The notes: generated from the letters alone by a model not told the origin. 64,000 nt of DNA from Octopus sinensis (GCF_006345805.1 NW_021836126.1:1-64000); one strand, 5' to 3'. Shown: positions 40,259 to 53,110, numbered from the stretch's first letter. A program made the numbers and translations.

Positions 40259-42009
40259 CAGAGGTTGTCAAACGGTGTGCCGCGAGACGATTTCTATACC
40301 ATTTCCCATACTAAATGGGATTAATATCAAACTAAGTGGGATTAGCAAAAAAACTAAATGGGATTAACATCAAACTAAGTGGAATTAGCAAAAAACTAAA
40401 TGGGAAATACACAAGTAAAAAATCTCATCCTGAATTTATTTTTCAAGTAAAATTGTTTATCATCCTCAAACTTGAAGAATTCATACGATTTTCTGAGTCT
40501 ATATTTTTGCCTTTTAGTAATTTGACAATATGGGATTAATAGCAATTTGCATGGAAGTCTTGGCAAATGATGCTATGGTTTCTAGCAAACTAAAAAGACA
40601 TTTTACTTCCAAGCATCCGCACTATTTCGCAAAATCTGTGGATTATTTTATCCATTTGAAAAAACAATTTGGAAAAAAGTGATATTGATGATATATGTAA
40701 CAACAATAATAATTAAGATTTGATTTTCAGTATTAATAAAAATTTGGGCATTAAATTACCAATTTTGTACTTAGGGTACATATGTAGTAGTTGGCGGCCA
40801 CTTTTTAGCGAATTTTAAAAAAACTATATTTTTTTGGTGAATAATTACCTTTTTTAAATAATATTACTATAAAAAAATTAATTATTTTTATACAAAATTA
40901 TTAATATTTTTTTTAACTAAAAAAATATAGTTTTTTTAAAATTCTACATTCTAAGCTACTCCGCTACTCCACATTCTAAGGAATAATTATATAATTGGAA
41001 ACCTTTCAATATGTTGGGTGTGTGCACCCGTAGTTGGATCAACAAAACAATATCTGTGATTCACTTGCAGGTGCTGATATCCTGCATCCTGAAGATCTTT
41101 TGTTGAATAACCCTTCCAGCAGTCTGATATGAGAATGGTGCCTTCTTCTACATTCTCAAGAATAGCCTTCGTAAGGGTCTTCATTGTTCTGTCAGGTATT
41201 GCTTCTAAGAAGCATTGGTTCGTTTCTCTGCAGATTCCGCCGAAAACCCATTGCTCAGGCAACATTCTGCCTCTGTTGTATTTCCTTTTTGAAAAATGAC
41301 TTTCGTCAATTTCCACAATCATTCCTTCACCGCCTATTATATTATAAATTTACGCACACCTATTTTGGATCTCTGACGAGATGTCAATGATAGCATGCAA
41401 ATTTCACGCATGTACATTGACCAGTCCACGGTTGTATGTGAAGCCCAACCAAGATTTTCCATGCATATCTCCATAGAAGATATATTTTTTGCCACAGGTA
41501 GACAAACCGGATTATATCTTCGAATGGTACTTTGGTTCCTGCTAACCACGTTCCTGTTGAGTTTTAATGATATAAATACCAGTTTTTAGACTCGATTTAC
41601 TTCGACAGCCCTTCTGTAGCAATTCCAAGCCGGAGAGCTGCCAATGTTTAAAGTCATTTGGTGTCCGTTGCGACACACTTTTTTTTGGGATGATTCCTCT
41701 GGATTGCATGAAATTGATAGCTTCTGACATATTTGTGGGTAGATTGAATAGATTGACCTCACTTCTCATTTAAATTAAAGTAGCGTGGGATTTTATTATT
41801 TTTATATTGTATTATTTTTAATTATATATTTTTTTTAACTAAAAAAAATATAGTTTTTTTAAAATTCGCTAAAAAGTGGCCGCCAACTACTACATATGTA
41901 CCTACTTAGTTTTACATATCTTAAAAATTTATTTTTTTATTTTTAATGTGTGCCGTGGATTATTTTTTTAAGATTAGTGTGCCGCGATAATTATTTTTAA
42001 AAAGCTTTG
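40259..42009 (+). mobile_element. hAT Buster/Charlie-like deletion derivative with 8-bp TSD
   Basis: TSD atctatac at 40251-58 and 42010-17; cagaggttgtcaaac left TIR; tgtgccgcg motifs; BED-like LANDAMVSSKLKRHFTSKH. Confidence 0.8.
40775..41902 (-). mobile_element. Merlin (IS1016/ISXO2-like) transposon nested in the hAT
   Basis: ~55-bp TIR ggtacatatgtagtagttggcggccac..; flanking tacttag duplication; VEIDESHFSKRKYNRGR, WVFGGI, ISDCWKGY, VNH..FVDP..HTQHIE. Confidence 0.95.
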
Positions 42010-43279
42010 ATCTATACACTAAGAGGGAAAAGAGCGCTCCTTTTGTGGAGATCTATCTCAGAAATAAGAAAATGTTCACCTTTGTTTGGCCAATATTTGA
42101 AAGTTTAGATTAACTCAGAATAAAGTGAATAACAAGTGTTACAAAATTTGAATCGTAAATTTGATTTCTATTCTTATTAAAGATGAACAAATTTTGTGGT
42201 TTGTTTTTTGTTTTTATGAACATTCTGGTCTTGACTAAGATTGTTCTCAATGAGTTTTTTGACAATTTTTAATTTACGACACAAGTAGACAACTTGATTG
42301 TGTCTTCACACTTTCCTGGTTATTTTCCGTATCCTCAGTTGTCTCAGAGTTGTCTAAGATATTAAATGTAGGCGAATTAAAATATATGATACAATTCCTC
42401 AAATTAAATGGTTTACTAGTGCATTGTAAAGAAGAACTTTCTTTTTCACGTCAAGTTTTCATTGGTTAGAATTATTATATTTGGAATTCCTATCTATACT
42501 TTTTCATCAATTTTGACCGAATTAAAAATTCTCGAATAAACTTCAAACCTGTAGCGTATTCTATTCAACTCTGATTTTAAAGCACATTTTCGAGGATATC
42601 TCATTAATCGTAAGCCCCACGAACGCCGATACTTTACAGTCACCACTTTCTTTGCAGAGAATTACAGCGAAAAAATTAAAAAATTTTTTTTCGATAATGT
42701 CTGCACACGTGTCGTCCGAAACTAGCAACTTCAAACTCAAGACGGGAAAACTAATAATTCCACCACTGTGTTTCCTAGCGTACCTAAGAAGTTTAACTAC
42801 ATGTCTGAAAATTGAAATTACAACGATTTCTAAAGATTTATTGTTCCCCTAAACTTATGTATTTTAAGAAAGCAAAATTCCATTATCCGAGAAATGGAAT
42901 AAGTTTCCGAAAAAGCCGTATGAGAGCAAAACTTAAATTATTGACAATAAAAGTCTGGACTATACGGACGTCAAAGAGACAGCTAAAAATGGTCCAAATA
43001 GATCTTCCTGCAGAATTATTAATTGGCACGTATATTCGAGACGGTGCTTTGAAGTTTTGATTTACAAATTTGAATGTGCGTAGCTTTTATAATTATAATA
43101 GATTCAAATTAAATGAAAAATTGATTTGAATTTAAATTGGAGACCAAAATATAAATCAATTTCTATCAAAGACAATATGAGGCACATTTACAATTCGATT
43201 AATATAAAAGTCCAAAAATAATTAAAAAATAATTTGCTGTCCATTAAACTGTAAAAGATGATATAACTTAATCATATAG

Positions 43280-43999
43280 TCAGGAAATGCTGTCATTCCT
43301 CCTGCTAGTTCTCTGCCTTCTGTTAGAAAACCAATTGCGTATTGTGTCTTCTGTCTTGTCAAGATGAATGGCCGTCATTTGAATGATATGTCTGTCAGGC
43401 CTTCTTGTAGTTTGAAAAATTAGTTCCAAATATGCTATATCATTCTCCATGAATGTTGTACGCCTTTTCCGATTCCTAAAACGCCTTGGATAGTGTTTGT
43501 CAGGGAGACGGGAAAAGTCCTCACTGCGGACGGGATTGGCCGAATTGAGTATTTGTCGGTCGAGGATTTCTGCCAGACTGACCAGACTCGAATAGCCAAG
43601 TTTGCAGGACTCGAATCTGCATATTGTAGTTTGTGATATTGTATTTCCGCCCTCATTTAATATTTCTGAAACTGTTTTTTGAGTTAATCCCATTTCAGTT
43701 CGTCGTATTCTAAAATCTCGACAAAAATTAGATATTAAAACATAACGCGACGACAATTCCGACGAAAAGTGATACTCCCGTCCTGTCTCAGGGATCTGTT
43801 GTCTAATAAAATGACATACATTTCCCCCCGTCTGATTCATCTGGAAGTATTGATCTGATCTTGACACATCACCTCTGTTGGGGATATTCGTGAAGGAAGA
43901 AAGATATCTCTGATTTGTATATAAATTGGAATTCCCTACAGAAGAGATATTTAGTGAATTATTAGGCAAGTTGTGGTTATAATGAGGGTTGTTGGCCAT
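43280..43999 (-). CDS. Divergent POU-class homeobox transcription factor (intronless)
   Basis: POU-specific FRIRRTEMGLTQ..SQTTICRFE; homeodomain RKRRTTF..IRNWFSNRRQR. Confidence 0.92.
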   Translation of the reverse strand: MANNPHYNHNLPNNSLNISSVGNSNLYTNQRYLSSFTNIPNRGDVSRSDQYFQMNQTGGNVCHFIRQQIPETGREYHFSSELSSRYVLISNFCRDFRIRRTEMGLTQKTVSEILNEGGNTISQTTICRFESCKLGYSSLVSLAEILDRQILNSANPVRSEDFSRLPDKHYPRRFRNRKRRTTFMENDIAYLELIFQTTRRPDRHIIQMTAIHLDKTEDTIRNWFSNRRQRTSRRNDSIS

Positions 44000-44127
44000 T
44001 GCCTGTCAATTTGCAATGACTGGGGGAATTATACGCATTCGTCAATTTATACACATTTGTCCACTAATTTAATAACACGTTAATTCTAATCAGGAATACT
44101 GCTTTGATGTTAGCACAAATTAAGTGG

Positions 44128-46479
44128 TTAGTGAACTGCCTTCTCATTCTGGCGATGAGCTCGGACACAGCGAGCCATGACAGGTGAATTGCGACTGATG
44201 GAATCGGTCATGAAATAGTCACTCAATTTATTCAATCGACACTCAGGCAGTCTCCCCTCCACCCTTCTCTACAACTCACCAAACACACCTCACAGTCTCA
44301 CACATCTGCGACACTATCGAATGGAAAGACGTGGTCATTGGACGACACTCCATCTGGCCTATCCCCGGACATAACTCGCCTATTCGCTGCCGGACTCCCC
44401 CCAATGTCTCATAGGGCAGGTCCACACCCATCACCTCTGCCAGTGCCCGTACCACCAAAAAGTCCTCCCTCGCCTCTCCTGGAGCACTCACCCCGGCCGA
44501 CACTCCTGGTAACGCCCCTCCATGTTCACATACGTCCCCCTCTTCTCTGTATACGCTACACCAGGCAGAATGACGTCAGCAATCTCCGCTCCTCTGTCGC
44601 CATGGCAACCTCACAATATATAAAGCAATCCAACCGAGGTACACAACCATACAATCATCAGGCAGCCCATCTCGTGTGGTGATGACGTCATCAGCCCCAG
44701 AGAGAAAGAGCAGGCGAAGATTGCCTCGATCAACAAAGTGATTGAACCCTCGATAGCCCAAGTCGAGTGCCCCAACCTGACTGGCCCTCTGCAAATAAGG
44801 AGAGGAATGCCTGCCTGGTGGACAAGGTTGAAAGCACAGGAATGACTGGAGGAGAGAGAGGCCAGTTTAAGTGAGAGAGAATACAAATCACGTGCAGTAT
44901 TCTGGTCATGTTGGAGAAGAGAAGAACCAAGCAAGACGACAGGCATTCGGGCATTGCGAAACCTGTGAGAAAAGGGGTGGTTTCCTGAGGCAATGTGGTG
45001 GAGAATAGTAATGGAATCCCCCAAATACTGCAATGACAGACCACCCAACCTCATACTCATAGTTCAAGTCCACCCTCGACCCCACCACGGCCACATGCGA
45101 ATCCCCAGTCCTCCAACTTGTGCCATTAACAGTCAAAACAACCCCTTGCGGATACGACAGTTGAGGAGAGGGGCCTCCAGACGGGGATTGAAGCCCACAA
45201 TGAGCACCAAGTCTGCCCTCTCGACTCCCTCTATGCCCACATTGAGGACATAACTCTCCCGGAAGTCAGCACTGCAGGGCAAACACTCTTCCGTGTACAA
45301 ATTGTCACAGTCCAGTCGATTAAAGAGGTCTTTGAGGACAGCGAGTGTCTCCAAATCAGTAAATCTGCCGGCCAAAACAGCCATTTGGTGAGGGGGTGAT
45401 TGAGTGGCCTGAAATGTGTGGAATGGGCACCCTGAGTGAGATGAGTTGGAGGACGTGAGGCCAGTGGGAGGGGCAGTGGGCTGTCATAGGAGTGACCAGT
45501 CGTTGGTGGTGGAGTGCGTCGTGGGCAAAACGAGCCTTGTCGTCCAACCACTCCTCGTTGATCTCCTCATTGAGTCTGGGGAGGATTCTGTGGACGACAT
45601 GAGAGCGAGTATAGAGGAGAATATGAGAGCCGACAGCGTCCATAACGTCGATGGTCTCCACCCGTCTGGTGTAGTGGTGTGACATACCTCAACTCCCAGG
45701 GACGAGCACGGAATGAGTGGGGGAGGGAGGTGAGTGCCCCCACTGGACATATGTCGATCAGGTTCCCGATAGCTCGGAGGACAGGAGGGTGTGGACATAC
45801 GTGCCTATCTCCATGTCCCCACCTCGCCCTGTCGTCCCCAAGTCCTCCATTCCCCCTATTTCACTTGCAAATCTATTCATTAGCTAATTCTGTGACCGAA
45901 CACATCTCGTGCAGTGAATACACCGAGTCATCACTGTCTTGACCAGAGGACTTATCTCCTTGTCCTCCACAGCCCTCTCATATCACCACACACTCACCTC
46001 TTTCTCTCACTCATTCTACTTCTGTCACACCCGTACCCCATCGACTGGTCTTGCAGGTCACATTCCCCCGCCTGGTCACATATTGGACAGTCCAATGGGT
46101 GGTTCGCCAGGATAAACTCCATCACCCCCTCTCTTCCTTTATTTACACTTTCTACCGAGCTTCTTTCGTCTTGGAAGAATTCGTCAGCACACGCATTCCC
46201 TCACTCGCAGGCATGGCACACGACGCCACTGGTTTGGCACTCTTTTCTACTTCCACCAGGCACATTCGGCAGTTCCCCGCTATCGACAGGCGCTCGTGGT
46301 AACAGAAGCGGGGGATGTCCACGCCTGCCGCTGTGCACGCCTGGAGGATTGTGCTTCCCTGGGGGACTTTTACTGCTCTCTCGTTTATGAACAGTTCGAT
46401 TTGAGAGGGCAATGTTGAGTATTCTAGTTTTAATACTTTTTCATTCACTTTTTCGCAAATGTCGTAATAAGCTTCGCAT
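44128..46479 (-). CDS. NDUFS1: NADH:ubiquinone oxidoreductase 75 kDa Fe-S subunit
   Basis: [10 protein letters not shown]|KYST targeting peptide, [63 protein letters not shown]; many micro-introns. Confidence 0.96.
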
Positions 46480-47841
46480 ACACCAGCAATAGTTAAGAGA
46501 GTTGAAAAAATTAATGTCGTCAAAATTAATTTAAAATATTATTTAAAGCTGTAAATAACTAATAAATTATCTCGATATTTCGGACAGGTGTTTAAATTTA
46601 AAATCGTCACACTAGCTATTTTCCCTAAAAATTATTTAATTGAAATCAAAGTTAAATAAATGTCACAAGTATACCTTGGCTTTATTACTAGTTTTATTAT
46701 TTGCGGTTTTATTTGTCAAAGAATGGCTGCATGGAAAGTCACTAAAATTCTTCAAAAACATTCTAGAAAAATATATATTGATACAAATAAAGCTATCACA
46801 TTTTAAGTAAGTTTCAACCTTAAAAATATAATAATTTAATAAAAAACATCAATTTCGAAAATCAAGTCAATTTAAGCGAAACCAACAAAAGAGTTTAAAA
46901 AACCAAAAAAACTAAGAAAAGCTATTTTTTAAGTAGCAGGAGGATCGTCTAAAATATAATTTTATTTTTGTCCAAATACCGTTTTTGTCATCTTTTTTGT
47001 AACCTTTTGATCTCCATCGCCTCATTCTTGATCTTTTTCTTGGTTGCAATTGGGCAATTGAATTTTTTATTTCTCGATGTCCTCAATGTCCAATCACGTT
47101 TTTTGATTTTTTCAAATCCACGTATCGAGGGGGATCGGGATAAGCTTTTGTGCGGACCTGGTTCTCCCCTTTCTTCTTTTTTCCAATTCAGCCTCCATGA
47201 ATTCTGTTAGAGATTTCGCAACGTGGCAAACCTCCGATCATTTTTATTAAATTTTTTGTGACTTTTTTGTTATAGTATTACGTACTAAACCGGATTAGGT
47301 GGGGTGTTTGAATGAAAAGTAGCAGATTTGTGGGTTTTTGGCTTTTCATACATCAAACTATTCATGTACAGAAAGTCTTGCAGATTTTGAAGCTGTTTGA
47401 TCTGTAGTCAATCGAGGTGATAAATTCAGTCCACTTGTAATCTGCGTGCAGATTATTGACAGCGGTGATTTGTTTTATGCTCCTCAGTTCGATATAGGAG
47501 TTGACAGAGTCCCCCGTTATCCGTTTTAGCTTGTGGCAAATTTTAATGAAAGAATTTATTTCGTAGCTGTAACTTGGGTGAAACTTTTTAATTGTTCTTT
47601 GAGAGATAAATTAGTTTAAATTGAAAATAAAAGCAATAAGGTAATCATTCGAAGAATTAGAGCAAGGCGGTATTCGTTCAAAAAAGCTCTTTTGTAGTTA
47701 AAGTGAAAGTGGCGTTGTTGGTCACTGTTAGATTTCAAAACATTCTTAATCCGGTTTAAAAAAGGGTATCTTTTGTAGTTAATTCGACAAAAAGGTACCA
47801 TTTGCCACCATAAGAAAATAATTAACATAGACAAATAAAAT

Positions 47842-47949
47842 TGTACGACTTCCCAGGCGGTCACCCAGCCAAGTATTTGAACAGCCTGTAATCGCTTAAC
47901 TGCCGTGTTCAGATGGGAACGGGTATTTACGACTAAGTATGATCGTACG
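47842..47949 (-). rRNA. 5S rRNA gene copy with a ~8-10 nt 3' deletion (probable pseudogene)
   Basis: Reverse complement gtacgatcatac..cccgttcccatctgaacacggcagttaagc..tacttggctgggtgaccgcctgggaa-gtcgtac; 5' and 3' ends pair. Confidence 0.8.
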
Positions 47950-48169
47950 TTTTTATTTTTTTTTAAATCTAATTTTGTTATATTTACTTTCTTTTATTTT
48001 TAGACTATCGAAAACCACCTAAATTTTCAACGAAAATTCTTCTTGTTAAGTACTGCAAAGTCATAAATAGGCAATCAATATAAATTATATATCGTTTTCC
48101 ATTATTAAAATTTTTTAGTTCCTAAATACTTTACTTTTCAACAGTTTCTAAAACTTAAAAATATCACGA

Positions 48170-48835
48170 TTAGAGGTAAAAAGTGAATTATCGCAAATTG
48201 GCCAAACAAATCGACCCTTCATAATTTACTTTTATATTAGAAGAATTTCGCGTTTATTACACGACCTGTCAGAGTCCTTAACCTCGTGATGATGACGACT
48301 TTTACCTTTTATTAAATGCGGTCGTGTCTGATGGCAATGATAAAGTTGATTTGTTAAGCCATTTACTAGTGTGCCTATTCGCTATTTGTGACTCTTTACA
48401 TGATATGAGTCCAGAATCCAGTCTCATTGGTCTCTGCTTTCTTATGAGGAATTAATAACACGCCTTATTCATTGTGGAGTCCATGTTTGTCTCCTGACTG
48501 TTATTTAGTGCTATCGTGGAAGTGATTTGAAGTTTTTTTAGACGTCGACAAACTTGTCCAATTATTTGAATTGCCTGTGTTTGTATTTAAGGAGTATGTG
48601 GACTGTAATTCGTGTAGACCTTAGGCTTAAATTGGTCAAGTCTTGTAGAATTGGGTCTCCTTTGAAATGTCTCTACGGTTTGTTGATGCCTCAGACAAAA
48701 TCTTTTGATACTCTTTACAGGCGATTGCAGTGTGTTCCACAGAATATGTCATCAGATGTTCCTGGTAGCGTTGATTCTGTAGAAATTGACTTTGACCAGC
48801 TAAAAAAACATTTTCTAAAGATTAACGGACTTTAG
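48170..48835 (+). pseudogene. VAC14: VAC14 C-terminal fragment, decayed
   Basis: DVDKLVQLFELPVF, DLRLKL, LKCLYGLLMPQTKSFDTLYRRLQCVP, IDFDQLKKHF; stops and deletions. Confidence 0.8.
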
Positions 48836-48889
48836 TATTATTTTTGTGGAGAGTTTATTTTTCATAAGAAATAGTTCTGCTTCTCATTT

Positions 48890-49215
48890 AAAAGGCCTCG
48901 TATGGGATGCAACCTGCTGGGACACCTTTTCTGCTTCTCATTTAACTTCGTGTGCTCTGGAGACTAAATCTGCAGCTAAGAAGGCTGAAGATTTAAAGCT
49001 ATCAAAATATTCTGCTCTCTCGGAGGAGTTTTCCGTGGTGCCTATCGCGGCGGAGACGTCGGGTGCTCTCGGTCCAAAAACTGAAAAGTTCCTTCGCAAG
49101 CTCGGAGCCAAAATCTCAATGCGCCCTCATGATCTTCGGTAGGCGGACTGGCTAATGCAACGGTTCTCGATTGCCATTATCCGGAGAAACAGTTTGGCAA
49201 TCCGCCAGGCTACAT
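48890..49215 (+). mobile_element. CRE-like LINE 3' fragment
   Basis: LVWDATCWDT, AEDLKLSKY, VPIAAETSGALG, QRFSIAIIRRN. Confidence 0.8.
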
Positions 49216-49218
49216 ATA

Positions 49219-49930
49219 CAGCGATACAAATAAAACACGGAACACTCATTTTCTCGATTTTTTTCTATTGAATGATTGATTTATTTTAACAAAAATAGAA
49301 TTTTTAGAAGACAAACATAACTTTAGCCTTTAAAAAAATAAAAACAACTTATATTTCGGACCGTAATTAAATCCAGTTTTGTCCAAACAAAATAAAAAAG
49401 AGAACAAAATAAAATTCTCTATTTTTACAGAATTTTTTAAACCATTTTTTATTTTATTACACGTGTTGATTCTTGTTACATGGTTTTACAACTTACATTA
49501 CAAGAAAAAGCAGAAATTATTACGTATTATAAAGTCGGAAAGTCATATCGGGAAATAAGAAATTTGACCGGAAGATCTCTGAGTGTCATCTCGAGAGTCA
49601 TTCGAAACTTTACCATGAATGATTCCTTCCAGAGAAAAAAAGGCTCAGGACGAAGATTTAAACTTAACTCTGATGATCTCGGAATAATTCAACGTGAACA
49701 AAAAACTGACGTTGATTTCAATTCCGTAAAATGTTTGGAAATTTTACGTTCTGAAACGGGAACTGCTGTCACATCACAGACAGTGAGGAACTATTTGAAA
49801 AGACTGGACATATCGACGTTTCAGCCTACGAAAAGGCCATATCTGTCGAAAAACACAAAAAGACTAGACTTTCTCATCATAAACATAATAAACATAATGC
49901 TAACTAAATTATCGATCTTAATTAAGTTAT
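49219..49930 (+). mobile_element. Tc1-like transposon 5' part (HTH only)
   Basis: TA+CAG start; GKSYREIR..SVISRVI..GSGRR, VTSQTVRNYL..KRPYLS. Confidence 0.7.
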
Positions 49931-51166
49931 CAAAAAAAAAGTTCTTATGATGTAAAAGTAGCAAGTAGTATTCCGATTAAGTATTGACTTTACATTCAGT
50001 AGGTCAATATCACGTGTTCTTAATACATGGATAACTTAGTTAACCAACATGTCGTTATGTGTTTCAATTTTAACGGAAGTCGCGTCTAGCGCTCGGTAAC
50101 CGGTAGCGCCTGTGACATAATAAGGTATTTGATTTTATGTATCGGTAAAGTTTTATTCCAGTTAACTTTACTCTCCGATTTTTTAATAGCTCTCTACACG
50201 TCGTCCACATCTAGGGTCTCCGTTTGGATTGTCTTTTTGATGAGGGTGAACACAGTCTGGGAAGCTTGTCAGTAAAGATTAGAATTATAACTAATTGTTG
50301 GTGGAAGATCAAGACGTAGATGCACAAAAGGACAGTTTAAATAAGTAGACGAAAAAAAGCACTTTTGAATGTCACGAATGTGAATGAGTGCTGTTATCAG
50401 ACCAAATTGGCCACAAAGGAGTATAATAAGTCTCACCGCATATAAGTAATTAACGAGGGTTTGAATAATTTAGCCCACTCAAGATGTACTAATCTAATCT
50501 GAAAATTTTCAATGTTTATAAAAATCCAATCATGATCTAAGTTGAATAAAGCCGTTTGAATTAGACAATTATTAGCATTAGATTGAACATGGCGAATACT
50601 TTAACGTAGTTGTCCATGATTATAACAGAGTACAATATTTTCAACCTAAACTTTCATAACTTAGTAGAATTTATTGTTTACAACTGCCTAGATATCAAAA
50701 TAATATAAAATTACCTTTACTATACTCTTGCCTGCCTCATTCTTCACTCCTATGGTATGACTGTATCCTTCCTCATTCGACCAGTCTTCACTCCTATACT
50801 CTTGTGGCCGCCCAGGTTGTTCTCTGAAAATGACTTGTCTTCATTTGCCACAACGTTCGTTTTTCCACTCACCCAGTCCCCTGGCTTGTTTTTATTTATG
50901 TGGTTCACTCCTATACTCTTTCGGTCCCCCGACTTGTCCTCATTCTTCACTACTATAGTCTTGCTGTCCTCAGGATGACTTATAAAAAGTAAAACAATTA
51001 AATTAATAGAAATCACAAGCCAGCTTTTGCCGAACTAGGGAATAGATAAAAATTGTTAAAAAAATAAGTTTTTCTAAATATGATTTTTGTATATTTCTAA
51101 ACGTACATTCAATGATAGAATGGTTTGAAAAAATAATAAAATATTAATTCTTGACATAATTATTTA

Positions 51167-51867
51167 ATGGGGCCTGGCTGGATGCTCTCCCTGGATGCTC
51201 TCCCTGTCCCTTCCACCGGTAACCTACTAGACAAAGATTGCCTACGAATTGGTTTATCATTGCGTCTTGGATTGGAAATCTGCGAAATACACAAATGTCG
51301 TTGTGGTGCTGTCATTGACCGTTTTGGTCTACATCCCCTTTCCTGTCGTCGCAGTGCAGGGCGCGCACCACGCCATGCAGCACTTAACGACGTTATTCAG
51401 AGGGGGCTCACGGCCGCTGGGATCCCATCAATCCTCGAACCCGTCGGGCTTGCGAGGGGAGACGGAAAAAGACCGACGGCCTATCGACTTTCCCGTTTGA
51501 GTTCGGCAAGTCTCTGTTATGGGATGCGACGTGTTCAGACACTTTCTCGGAGCTCAACCTTCCTTCTTCAGCTGTCGAGCCTGGCTCAGTCTCTCGCAAA
51601 ACCGAGAAGATGAAGATTGGAAAGTACAAGGAGCTCTCTGAACGGTATCTGTTCACTCCCATCGCCGTCGAGACTTCCGGCGTCATCGGCGAAAAGTCTC
51701 TTTCCTTTCTAAAAAGCTTGGCCGCATGATCTCCCATAAACGGGGAGACCCACGCGAGTCCAAGTGGCTTTTCGAAAGGATTTCCTTGGCCATAGTACGT
51801 GGAAACTGTGTTTCCATTTACGATGCCGGGAATTTAGTTAGTTAATAACTATTTGTTAATTACATAT

Positions 51868-51920
<53 letters not shown>
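51167..51920 (+). mobile_element. 5'-truncated CRE-like LINE with long poly(A) tail
   Basis: [48 protein letters not shown]; A-run 51868-51920. Confidence 0.88.
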
Positions 51921-51939
51921 TTATTTAATTGAATTCTTA

Positions 51940-53110
51940 ATGAGGCTAACTATTTTTTGGGTCATTTTTCTAACATATATTTGTGCAACCTTTAAAATTC
52001 AAATCAAAGTCGGCAAAAAAAGAACAAATTTAACTAGTTTATATGACACGAAAAGTAATCAGCGATGGGAAGAGTTCGTTAAAAAATTTGGTTAGCACTT
52101 AAAATATACAATTTTTAGTGAAAAAATACAATCACACAGAGGTGTTAAAAAGACGCCGCATTTTTCAAAATAATTTGGTTCTGATTGATACACACAATTT
52201 GGAATTTATAAGAAATGCAACGTCCTTTCAGCTAGAAATAAACTCGTTCGCAGATATGGTCTTTTTGTGCTAAAAATATTCCCAGACTGAGGATGAACTT
52301 CCAAAGCTACAAAAATTAAATTATTTCGACACAAAAACATCTTTTTTCTCAGAAAACGAAAGAGATTTTGCGGAAAAATATGACATTCCAATATCTTTTG
52401 ACTGGAGAGACAAAAATGTAGTCACAAACGTTAAAAATCAGCTTAATTGTGGATCATGTTATATATTTGGCACAGTTTGCAAATAAATAATTACTCTCCA
52501 GATTGCCAGTTTAGAAAGTATATATGCGATTAAGCATGGAAAGCTGGTTAGTTTTAGTGAACAAAACGTGCTTGATTGTTGTGAGTATTGTGGATGTGAA
52601 GGCGGAAAAGGAAGTTACGTTTTTAAATATATTATTAATAATGGGGGAATCAGCACAACTGACGAGTACCCTTATCTAGGAATGGTTTATGAAACTGTAC
52701 TTTATAATAGAAAAAAAATGCAAATATAAAATCAATCCAATAGTACTCACAAGTTATGTTGATACTTACTATTCCGAATCAAAGGCATTAAGAACTTTAC
52801 TGGAAATTGGTCCTATTGGGATTACACTTTGTATTCCAAAATATTTGGATTTTTATTCAGGAGGTATAAGTATGTAGCATTATAGGAATCTTTGATGATC
52901 CTAAATGTGAATACTTACATTTAATGTGTCTCGTTGGATATGGGATAGATAATGGAAAAGAATACTGGATCATAAAAAACAGGTATTAAAATTAAATGTA
53001 AAAATAGTTGGGGTCGTGCTTGGGGGGAACATGGATACATCAGAATCGTAAGGAACATAATTTGCCAGTCGTGCTTGGAAATTCGACTTGATTATCCGCT
53101 TCTTGCTTAA
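51940..53110 (+). CDS. Cathepsin L-like papain-family cysteine protease (6 micro-introns)
   Basis: Signal peptide, I29 propeptide ([14 protein letters not shown]), [22 protein letters not shown] in [18 protein letters not shown]|WG. Confidence 0.9.

Noticed and set aside
45914-46390. Long His/Ser/Pro-rich antisense ORFs over NDUFS1 and HMGCR
   Set aside because: Shadow ORFs caused by the C-rich skew on the opposite strand of real genes
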